Part shown: positions 35,395-43,350 of the stretch, piece after piece
How the letters are laid out: each line of letters begins with the position of its first letter
Position numbering within the stretch: position 1 is the stretch's first letter
Origin: Candidatus Poseidoniaceae archaeon
GTDB lineage: Archaea > Thermoplasmatota > Poseidoniia > Poseidoniales > Poseidoniaceae
Length of the DNA: 64,000 nt
Direction of reading: 5' to 3'
Assembly (NCBI GenBank): GCA_028822845.1
Contig: JAPKCS010000008.1
Coordinates: 786-64,785 of the forward strand
The notes under the pieces: model-generated
Seen by the model: only the letters and a program-made list of their open reading frames with translations
Told to the model about the DNA's origin: nothing
Database searches by the model: none
Translations under genes and position numbers: made by a program

Positions 35395-37173
35395 TCAGGA
35401 ACGATGGGGTTGCATCAGATGCTCAATGCAGGACAGGATTTGTTTATTTTCATCCTCCATGCGCACTGCGAACCGCACGAATTTCGAGTCGATGGTCACG
35501 CCCATGTTTTCTGCATCCCTCACATACACTCCACGTTCACGGCACGATTGAACAAATGCCCCTGATGAGGCAGCGATGTTCGTTGGCAGTTCAGTAAGGA
35601 TGTAATTTGCGACACCAGGATAGACCTTGAACCCTAAGGCGGTAAGGGATTGGGACAAATGAGTTCGATTGCGATGAATCATCTCGTATTGCTTTGCGTA
35701 ATATTCCGGTTGGTCAAGTGCCGTGATCGCTGCCAATTGTGCGGGGAGACTCACGGCCCACGGTGGTATGAAACGACGTAGGAAAGAGGCCTGTGAGGTC
35801 ACGGCGTACGCCACGCGCAGCCCTGATAGTGCGTAGCATTTACTCATGCTCTTACAGATGATGAGTTCTTCAATTTGGCCCGTGAGGCTTTCCAGTGAGT
35901 CACCGTCGTGGAGGTACTCGATGTATGTCTCATCAATCCAAATGGTCTTGCATTGGGAATCACCTTCGACTATTTCCTGAACGATGCCCCTCATTTCATG
36001 AGAATAAACCCCCGTAGGACTGTTTGGATTAACCAAGATCACAGCATCGTGTTTTCTTGATTCAGCGATCAGCCCTGCACGATCAATTTCGAAACCATCC
36101 TCGGGGTACAAGGGGAAGTGGGTGACGTTGCATCCAATCACATGGGAGAGGATGTGTAAGTATTCACCATACATCGGGGAAAGGATGAGAACACTCGAAT
36201 GTTCGTGAATTAATTTTGGCAAAAGAGAAAACATCAGCGAAGATGATCCTGATGAAACCAAGACATGCTCAGAAGGGACGCGACGCACTTGCGATATTTT
36301 TTCAATAAGTTCTTCGCATTGGGTCGGTGGTGATTCTTGACAACATGATTCAATGTTTTGAGAAATGACCTCGATCACTTCTGGACATGGCGGGAATGGG
36401 CTGTCCAGTACATCCGCAACAACGAGTTTGTTTCTAAGATTAAAATCAAAGCCTGAGGCGCCCCATGATGCACCTCCATGGTAACATGCATCATCTTCAT
36501 TGATGTGATCTTCAATCTCGATGGCATTGGTAAGTGCTCCACTGTAGGCAAGGGCTTGGGCTATTGAAAGATGCATTGGATGGAAAATGATTTCTCCGGC
36601 ACTTACGTGATGTTGTTCAAGAACCTTCATTCCAAATTTCTTGTACATTTCGAGCACACCGGTGTGACCCATTGCAATAAGGTCGGTGGCTCCCTCGGCG
36701 ATTGAGAAACGAAGAGCTGCCTGCATGAGGGTGAAAGCGTGGCCTTGGCCTCTGAATTGATCTTTGATTGTTAGCGCTCTGATCTCAAACGTCTTGGAGT
36801 CAACAGAGGTCGATAAATGTAACAATTCATTCATCACTTCCTCTGAGTAATACTTGGCCAGCCGAAATCCTTCAGCCCGTTCCGGAGCATTGATGCTCAC
36901 ATAACCAAGTAGGGTCTCATCCGAGAGTAAAGCAATAAAATACTGACCTGGGTCTTCTAACTGACCACTGAGTTCGACTTCATATTGGTTGAGCTCAATC
37001 GAATACACATCATGGCGAAGTGTCGAAATCTCACCCCATATGGATGCCAGTGGGCCATCTGCGCCATGCACGGTTTGGTTCAATCGGCCAAATTGTACAA
37101 GTCGTTGCATGCCTGATGCATCCCAATTCAGTTCTTCAATGATGGCTTTCCATAAAACCAAGCAAAGGCCCAA
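35395..37173 (-). CDS. fusion of an N-terminal GNAT-fold (N-acyl-amino-acid-synthase-like) domain and a C-terminal HisC/CobD-like PLP enzyme
   Basis: N-terminal ~215 aa: FEIRALTIKDQFRGQGHAFTLMQAAL...EMYKKFGM. C-terminal ~370 aa: ILVNPNSPTG and the PLP-lysine motif KSMSKCYALSGLRVAY. The true start may be the ATG at 37110 (MQRLVQF). Confidence 0.7.
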   Translation of the reverse strand: MGLCLVLWKAIIEELNWDASGMQRLVQFGRLNQTVHGADGPLASIWGEISTLRHDVYSIELNQYEVELSGQLEDPGQYFIALLSDETLLGYVSINAPERAEGFRLAKYYSEEVMNELLHLSTSVDSKTFEIRALTIKDQFRGQGHAFTLMQAALRFSIAEGATDLIAMGHTGVLEMYKKFGMKVLEQHHVSAGEIIFHPMHLSIAQALAYSGALTNAIEIEDHINEDDACYHGGASWGASGFDFNLRNKLVVADVLDSPFPPCPEVIEVISQNIESCCQESPPTQCEELIEKISQVRRVPSEHVLVSSGSSSLMFSLLPKLIHEHSSVLILSPMYGEYLHILSHVIGCNVTHFPLYPEDGFEIDRAGLIAESRKHDAVILVNPNSPTGVYSHEMRGIVQEIVEGDSQCKTIWIDETYIEYLHDGDSLESLTGQIEELIICKSMSKCYALSGLRVAYAVTSQASFLRRFIPPWAVSLPAQLAAITALDQPEYYAKQYEMIHRNRTHLSQSLTALGFKVYPGVANYILTELPTNIAASSGAFVQSCRERGVYVRDAENMGVTIDSKFVRFAVRMEDENKQILSCIEHLMQPHRS

Positions 37174-37260
37174 AACCGCTCATTTAGATGATTTTTCCGA
37201 TTCTCGGTTCCATTGTTGGGGAGCCGAGTCACTTAAGAGACGACCCAGAGTGGACCATCC

Positions 37261-39018
37261 ATGTCCATTGCACCAACAGATTATGACTTCGGCGACGCAG
37301 CGAATTATTCCTTCGCAACGACAGTATCATGCGACAATGAAGAAGCCCGAAAAATGTATGTTCTCGCTTTTGGCCACATGCTGAACTACAACCACGAAGA
37401 AGCCATTGCATGCTTTAGCAAGTGCACCGAACTTGATCCAACTTGCGCTATGGCATGGTGGGGCATCGCATACTGTGTATCTTCCAACTACAATTGGAGC
37501 CCAGGGCTTGGATCTGGTCACGATTCAATTCAGCAAGCGGTTTCTCTCAAAGCAGGCTGCACAGAACTTGAGCGAGACCTCATCGATGCATTGGCACAGC
37601 GCCACTCTGCAGAAGCACGTGATGCTGCAGACCCTTCAGTCCTCAACATGGGGAACGACCCTGAACTGAACGTTGCATTCGCAGCAGCAATGGAACCACT
37701 TTACCGAAAATACAGTGGAAACTTGGATGTTACTGCAATTTACGTCGAGGCTCTCATGAACCTGAAAGCCTGGCAACTGTGGAACAAGAACACCACAACC
37801 GGTGAAATCACTCCCGCTGACGACAACACATTGCTGTTGGTGAAGGTCATGGAAGATGCCTTTGAGAACGTTGAAGAGGCAAAGACGCACGTGGCATTGT
37901 GCCATTTGTACTGCCACGCTTTGGAATTGTCACCCTTCCCAGAACGTGCTCTTCCTGCCGCTGATATGCTTCGCACCATCATGCCAGGCATGGGCCACCT
38001 CGTCCACATGCCTTCCCACATCGATGCGTGGGTTGGACAATGGAAAGAAGCAATGGAATGCAACATTGAAGCTGTTGAAGCTGACGACAGGTACGTTGAA
38101 CTCACGGGCAATGAATCCCAGTTTTACAAGTTCTACCGAATGCACAACCACCACTTTGTGGTTTGGTGCGCTATGTTTGAAGGCCAATACGAAACGGCAC
38201 TCAAGTACGCACGAAAGGCAGTGGACACGCTTCCTGCCGGTGACGAGAACTCTGGAGTTCAATTCATGCTTGCTGGCATCATCCCAATGGGTGCTATCTT
38301 CCTCGAATCCTATGTGACCATGCCTTGGCACGTCATGATCCGATTCGGAAAGTGGGACGAAATCATCGCAGAACCAATGTACTCTGACAGGGATGTCTTC
38401 CCCTCCACCATCGCAACCCAACACTACGCTCGTGGTGTCGCCTATGCCTCCAAAGGTATGGTTGCTGAAGCTGAAGCAGAACAGATGCTCTTCGATGAAG
38501 CACTCAACAACCCAGCGCTTGCTGGCCGAGTGCTGCACAACAACCTGATGTATCAAGATCCAAGCGATGGACCATGTATTCTCTTGGTCAATTCAGCCGT
38601 CTTGGCTGGCGAAATCGAATACCGCAGGCAGTTCCAGGCCAAGGCCCGAGGCGAAGCATCTGACTTCACCGCAGCCTTTGACCACCTGCGCCGTGGTGTC
38701 GATCTCTCACTCAACCTTGCCTACAACGAACCTTGGGGCCAGATGCAACCTGTGCGTCACATCCTCGGAGCACTTCTCCATGAACAAGGTGAAATCGAAG
38801 AAGCAGAAGCCGTTTACCGTGCTGACATCGAACTCTGGAAGGACAACATGTGGGGCCTCCTCGGTCTCAAACTTTGCCTTGAAGCTCGAGGCGATGCTCC
38901 TGAAGAACTTGCTGAAGTCACTGCTCTGTTCAATGAACGCAGTTCCCGAGCCGACATCGTACCTGCAAAGACCTGCTTCTGTGCTCAAGACAGCATCGAG
39001 AAGAGTTGCTGCGACTGA
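37261..39018 (+). CDS. TPR-like helical repeat protein, unknown function
   Basis: 585 aa and all-helical in character, with TPR-like units (EEAIACFSKCTELDPTCAMAWWGIAY). The C-terminus is cysteine-rich (CFCAQDSIEKSCCD). Confidence 0.55.
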   Translation: MSIAPTDYDFGDAANYSFATTVSCDNEEARKMYVLAFGHMLNYNHEEAIACFSKCTELDPTCAMAWWGIAYCVSSNYNWSPGLGSGHDSIQQAVSLKAGCTELERDLIDALAQRHSAEARDAADPSVLNMGNDPELNVAFAAAMEPLYRKYSGNLDVTAIYVEALMNLKAWQLWNKNTTTGEITPADDNTLLLVKVMEDAFENVEEAKTHVALCHLYCHALELSPFPERALPAADMLRTIMPGMGHLVHMPSHIDAWVGQWKEAMECNIEAVEADDRYVELTGNESQFYKFYRMHNHHFVVWCAMFEGQYETALKYARKAVDTLPAGDENSGVQFMLAGIIPMGAIFLESYVTMPWHVMIRFGKWDEIIAEPMYSDRDVFPSTIATQHYARGVAYASKGMVAEAEAEQMLFDEALNNPALAGRVLHNNLMYQDPSDGPCILLVNSAVLAGEIEYRRQFQAKARGEASDFTAAFDHLRRGVDLSLNLAYNEPWGQMQPVRHILGALLHEQGEIEEAEAVYRADIELWKDNMWGLLGLKLCLEARGDAPEELAEVTALFNERSSRADIVPAKTCFCAQDSIEKSCCD

Positions 39019-39060
39019 GCATTGTGCAATCTTAACCAGATCGCAGCCCTTGAGGGTAGA

Positions 39061-39136
39061 TGGCGGACGTACCAGGATTTGAACCCGGGTTTTCGGCTTA
39101 GAAGGCCAAAGTGATATCCAACTACACTATACGTCC
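39061..39136 (-). tRNA. tRNA-Arg (anticodon UCU), CCA encoded
   Basis: Hand-folded: acceptor GGACGUA/UACGUCC, anticodon arm UUGGC-CUUCUAA-GCCGA, T arm CCGGG-UUCAAAU-CCUGG, 3' GCCA. Confidence 0.85.
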
Positions 39137-39189
39137 TTGTTCCAATGGCAGGGCTAACCCTTGATGAAGGTTCAGCATGAGGATGCCCT

Positions 39190-39771
39190 TCACAAAGGCC
39201 TTGCACACTTGTGGCAACGGGTTGGTCGACGAACGGTTGTTCGCTTCCATTCATAGCCACATGAGCCACAGGTCCACTGTTGCTTTGAGGCCTTACCAAG
39301 AACACCGTCCCTCATCCGTTGAAGCAACGGTGATTCCTTGAACGATGGGGCGGGGGCAACTGAATGAGTGAGAGCATCGTGGTCTGCAGAATGGGCCGTG
39401 AGCCCGGCTGCATGAAGGAATTCATGGACAAGGGTGTGGGCATACATGCGTTCGTCTTCCAAGAGAATTGGATGCAAACCAATCGTGACTTCACCCGGAT
39501 CGAGGCGAAGACGACGACGGCGAGCCAGTTCGTTCGGACCTTCTTCAAAGCGAGTCATACCGAGACGCTTTTCTTCACCTTCGAGCCAAATCACAGTGAT
39601 TCTATCTTCGATCCACGGGCGAAACACAGCCTCAGTGGTTCCAGAAAGGGCGGCAATAGCGGCCTCAAACAAGCCATCAGGTCGGTGCGGGGGCGTCGAA
39701 GGCGTCGGGACCGAACCAAGTGAGAGACCCCCTGCACCCTTACGCTCCATGAAGGGGCCACCAACACTCAC
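39190..39771 (-). CDS. SprT-like zinc metalloprotease with a C-terminal zinc ribbon
   Basis: HExxH motif (HTLVHEFLHAAG) and a C-terminal CGSCGYEW...CHKC. Confidence 0.6.
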   Translation of the reverse strand: MSVGGPFMERKGAGGLSLGSVPTPSTPPHRPDGLFEAAIAALSGTTEAVFRPWIEDRITVIWLEGEEKRLGMTRFEEGPNELARRRRLRLDPGEVTIGLHPILLEDERMYAHTLVHEFLHAAGLTAHSADHDALTHSVAPAPSFKESPLLQRMRDGVLGKASKQQWTCGSCGYEWKRTTVRRPTRCHKCARPL

Positions 39772-39799
39772 CTCAAGAAGTCAACGAAGGCGTTCTCAA

Positions 39800-40666
39800 T
39801 CAATGTTCAAGCCGAGCACGAACCCAGTCGTCTTCTCTCCAGGGTTCGGTTCGCTGTATTTGACGAACTTCAAGCGTTTGAAGGTCGAGTGCTGAGAGCA
39901 GGGCTGGTTGGTTTTGTTTGTGGAACACGCAGGTGTCCATACCAATGGAAGAAGCTCGCCCATCAGGCAATAGAACTGGGGAATACCAGACCTCGCCCCA
40001 GCGGGCTTCATGCTTGGGATGAAGACCCATTGTCGGGGTATGACCGAACACAACCGTCCGCAGTGCATCGATTGGTTCTTTTGCTTTATGGAACGCATCA
40101 CGAATCCATAACAAATCCTCTTCACCCTGGTGATCGTTGGATCGCCGAGGGTGATACCCTGCATGAACAAGCCTCCATTTGGCAAGAACGAGATGTGCAG
40201 GTAACTCGTCCATCCATTGTATGTCACTTTCTATAGTATTTTTTAAGTGCACCTGACCATGCAATCCATCTGCGAGGGCGAAAGCCCGGAGGTACGAAGC
40301 TGCGGTTTCTAGCCCGCCGTGGTAGAACCACATGCGTGCGTCTTCATCCGGCCGTTCAATTTTCTCGAGGCTGAAGTTTTTGACCATCATGGATTCGTGG
40401 TTCCCCTTGACGCAATGGATGCGCGGATCGCTTCTTGCCAGTCGAATCACGTCAAAACTGCTTGGACCTCGATCGATAAGGTCGCCCAGTAAGACCACTC
40501 TGTCTTCGCTGGAAAGATGGAGGTTTTGCAACAGAAGGTGCAAGGAATCACCAAATCCGTGCACATCCCCAACCGCCCACACCCGATGGCCTGCATCAAG
40601 GCAGTTCTGTAGGTCCTTTTCCACAGTTTCATCACGTAATTCTTTCATCAGAAAAAGACCATTCAA
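39800..40666 (-). CDS. calcineurin-like metallophosphoesterase (PPP-family Ser/Thr phosphatase / ApaH-like)
   Basis: The motifs GDVHG, GDLIDRG and GNHE appear in canonical order. Confidence 0.8.
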   Translation of the reverse strand: MNGLFLMKELRDETVEKDLQNCLDAGHRVWAVGDVHGFGDSLHLLLQNLHLSSEDRVVLLGDLIDRGPSSFDVIRLARSDPRIHCVKGNHESMMVKNFSLEKIERPDEDARMWFYHGGLETAASYLRAFALADGLHGQVHLKNTIESDIQWMDELPAHLVLAKWRLVHAGYHPRRSNDHQGEEDLLWIRDAFHKAKEPIDALRTVVFGHTPTMGLHPKHEARWGEVWYSPVLLPDGRASSIGMDTCVFHKQNQPALLSALDLQTLEVRQIQRTEPWREDDWVRARLEH

Positions 40667-40789
40667 GGGTACTTAAAGCATTCATTCCAACCGAAAAAAG
40701 CCGACATGGGGCTCGTTTTATGCAGAGGGCAGTGTGAACAATCCTTATGATGGGAGGGCAGGTCGCAGGGATGCGAAAGCACCCTTTAT

Positions 40790-40862
40790 GGGCGTGTAGA
40801 TCAGTTGGAAGATCGCTACCTTGGCATGGTAGAGGCCCCGAGTTCAAATCTCGGCACGTCCA
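40790..40862 (+). tRNA. tRNA-Ala (anticodon GGC)
   Basis: Hand-folded: acceptor GGGCGUG/CACGUCC with the G3:U70 Ala identity pair, anticodon arm CUACC-UUGGCAU-GGUAG, T arm CCGAG-UUCAAAU-CUCGG. A T-run follows. Confidence 0.9.
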
Positions 40863-41037
40863 CTTTTACGAACAGTGTACCAGTTTCGTTTTTTGGCTCG
40901 AAAAAAAACAAGAGTTCCTTTCACCGATTTGGAATTGCTAACGAATCAAGCCTCAAAAACGGTTACCTCGGATGAAGTTCTTTTCCCTCGTGGTGTGAAA
41001 TCCCACACTTAATTTCCTTCGCCAAACTAAGAGTTTT

Positions 41038-42222
41038 ATGCATCACCAAGTAGGCACCCTCAAAAGGGTCCATCGTGGCCCTTTTTCCATGGAGACCTCA
41101 ACAGGCGAGTCACGCGAGTGGAAACTCGACATCGTCAATGCCTCGTTCTTGACGGGAATTCCAGTGTTAGCCGTCATCGGTTTGGTATGGTACAGCATGA
41201 ACCACGGCGTGTCTTCCGTGGAATTGACCATCTTTGGATTCATGTACATTGCAACCGGGCTTTCCATCACGGCAGGCTATCACCGTTTGTTTTCACATCG
41301 AACCCACAAGGGTGCATGGCCTCTTCGATTATTCTATGCTCTGTTTGGAGCTGCTGCGTTCCAGAACTCAGCGATCAAGTGGTGCAGTGACCACCGCCGC
41401 CACCATCTGGTCACAGATACTGATGATGACCCATACACCGTCCTAAGGGGCTTTTTCTGGGCTCACATTGGCTGGGTCATGGTGACCCAAGAGGATGAAG
41501 CAGCGGTCGAAAAGGTGAGCGATTTAGAAAATGATCCAATCTTGGCGTTCCAAGGCCGACATATTTTCTTGCTCGGTTTCCTTATGGGAATGGTCTTCCC
41601 TGGTGTCCTTGGATGGCTCTTCCTTGGTGGCTTTGCTGGATTCCTTGGCGGCTTCATTTGGGGCGGTTTAGTCCGAGTGGTCATCGTTCACCATGCTACG
41701 TTTTTGATCAACTCTGCTGCCCACACTTGGGGTACGCAACCTTACTCGACTGCAAACACTTCTCGAGATTCACCATTGCTCTCTCTCTTCACCTACGGAG
41801 AAGGCTACCACAACTTCCACCACACCTTCCAAGCCGATTATCGAAACGGACACAAGTGGCATCATTGGGACCCTACCAAGTGGTGGATTGGTGCATGCTC
41901 ATTGATCAAATTGACCAGCAGTTTGCACAAGATTCCTGACAAAACCATCGAAAGCCGCAAGATGAAGACAGCCTATGAAAAGTCAATGCAACTCGGTGAC
42001 GAGGAACACAAAAAGGACGCTCAAAGTTTCGTTGAACAACTTCGAAGAGGCTACACCCAGCTGGACACTCATCGAAAGGAACTGAAGCAAGCCAAACAGA
42101 ACAAGGAAGGAAAGTCCCGCTACATTGACCTCAAGAAAGAGATCAAGCAAACAAAGGTCGCTATTTCTCAAATCCGTGATGAATTCAATCTATGGATGAA
42201 CGGTCTGCCTACCGCAGCCTGA
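41038..42222 (+). CDS. membrane acyl-CoA/acyl-lipid delta-9-type fatty-acid desaturase
   Basis: Three histidine boxes in stearoyl-CoA-desaturase order (HRLFSH, HRRHH, HNFHH) and 4 TM helices. There is a Lys-rich coiled C-terminal extension. The start may be the ATG at 41089 (METSTG). Confidence 0.8.
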   Translation: MHHQVGTLKRVHRGPFSMETSTGESREWKLDIVNASFLTGIPVLAVIGLVWYSMNHGVSSVELTIFGFMYIATGLSITAGYHRLFSHRTHKGAWPLRLFYALFGAAAFQNSAIKWCSDHRRHHLVTDTDDDPYTVLRGFFWAHIGWVMVTQEDEAAVEKVSDLENDPILAFQGRHIFLLGFLMGMVFPGVLGWLFLGGFAGFLGGFIWGGLVRVVIVHHATFLINSAAHTWGTQPYSTANTSRDSPLLSLFTYGEGYHNFHHTFQADYRNGHKWHHWDPTKWWIGACSLIKLTSSLHKIPDKTIESRKMKTAYEKSMQLGDEEHKKDAQSFVEQLRRGYTQLDTHRKELKQAKQNKEGKSRYIDLKKEIKQTKVAISQIRDEFNLWMNGLPTAA

Positions 42223-42255
42223 GCATTCACCTCGTCTCCAACGTCCATTCCGGGC

Positions 42256-43338
42256 TCAGATGACGAAGTTCTTCCATCGGCGCATGTAGTCGATGAACAC
42301 TGGTGAAAGACCTGCTTCAGCGAGATGCTGTGCGGAAAATGGCGGACGTTGCGGATGATACGAACCATCTCCTAATCGGACTGGCCAATCTGGATGCGCA
42401 ATGGCAACACGCCCAACGCCAACGAGTTGAGCACCCTCATCAAGGACAAATTGAGCGTCTGAAGATGACCATACGGCACCAGTCGAAATGAGTGGGAAGT
42501 CAGCGGGTAACACTTCTGAGAACCTTCGAGTTAAGCGTCGTTCGTCACCATCTTCGACGCTTTGGAACACATCCCAGCACGAAACGTGAAGTCCATCGAT
42601 CCCAGTCTTCGAGAGTTTTTTTGCCAATTCGAGGGTGTCTTCAAGCTCGAGCCCTATTTTTTCAATCGTTGGTGAGATGCGCACAAAGATCAGGAAGTCG
42701 GGCGAAGTGAGTGCACGAACGGCTTCAATAATCGCAAACAAAAAACGACAGCGCTTGTCAAAGGTACCGCCCCAGTCATCCTCTCGCCGATTGGTTTTCG
42801 CACCCAGGAATTGACAAATGAGGTATGAATGTGCACCATGAAGTTCGACACCGTCAAATCCAGCTGCTTGACATCGAAGCGCTGCTTGAGCAAAGTCATC
42901 AACCAGTGAGAGGACTTCAGCGTCTGAAAGAGCCCGTGTTGAACCTTCCATCCCTGCTTCGGTGTTGATGCTCGCTGAAACGGGTTGTACGCCATTGATC
43001 GATTCTGGAGAGCGCATACCGCCGTGAAAGAGTTGTACCAAGCCAATCGCTCCATGCTGAGAGATTTGGTTTGCCATTGCCGTCAAACCTGGAATTTGAT
43101 GATCGCCCCAAACCCCCATTTCTCCGTCCCAACCACGGCTGGTTTCAGTCACGTTGGCTGCCGCTGTGGTCACAATGCCAAATCCACCCTCGGCACGCCT
43201 TGTCAGCCAATGAATCTCTTCGGCAGAAAGGGTTCCGTCCAGATTGCTTTGTTTGTTGGTCATCGCTGCAAGAACGCTGCGATTGCGGAGGAGGCGCCCT
43301 GTCCGTGGCAAAACAAAGGCATCGTTTGGGGCCGCCAT
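42256..43338 (-). CDS. NADH:flavin oxidoreductase (Old Yellow Enzyme family)
   Basis: GFDGVELHGAHSYLICQFLGAKTNRREDDWGGTFDKRCRF is the OYE TIM-barrel signature. Confidence 0.8.
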   Translation of the reverse strand: MAAPNDAFVLPRTGRLLRNRSVLAAMTNKQSNLDGTLSAEEIHWLTRRAEGGFGIVTTAAANVTETSRGWDGEMGVWGDHQIPGLTAMANQISQHGAIGLVQLFHGGMRSPESINGVQPVSASINTEAGMEGSTRALSDAEVLSLVDDFAQAALRCQAAGFDGVELHGAHSYLICQFLGAKTNRREDDWGGTFDKRCRFLFAIIEAVRALTSPDFLIFVRISPTIEKIGLELEDTLELAKKLSKTGIDGLHVSCWDVFQSVEDGDERRLTRRFSEVLPADFPLISTGAVWSSSDAQFVLDEGAQLVGVGRVAIAHPDWPVRLGDGSYHPQRPPFSAQHLAEAGLSPVFIDYMRRWKNFVI

Positions 43339-43350
43339 GGTTCAATCACG

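Noticed and set aside
39061-40862. tRNA-flanked segment considered as an integrated mobile element.
   Set aside because: I could not find an integrase, transposase, duplicated tRNA 3' end or att-like direct repeats. Gene density and composition look like the surroundings.
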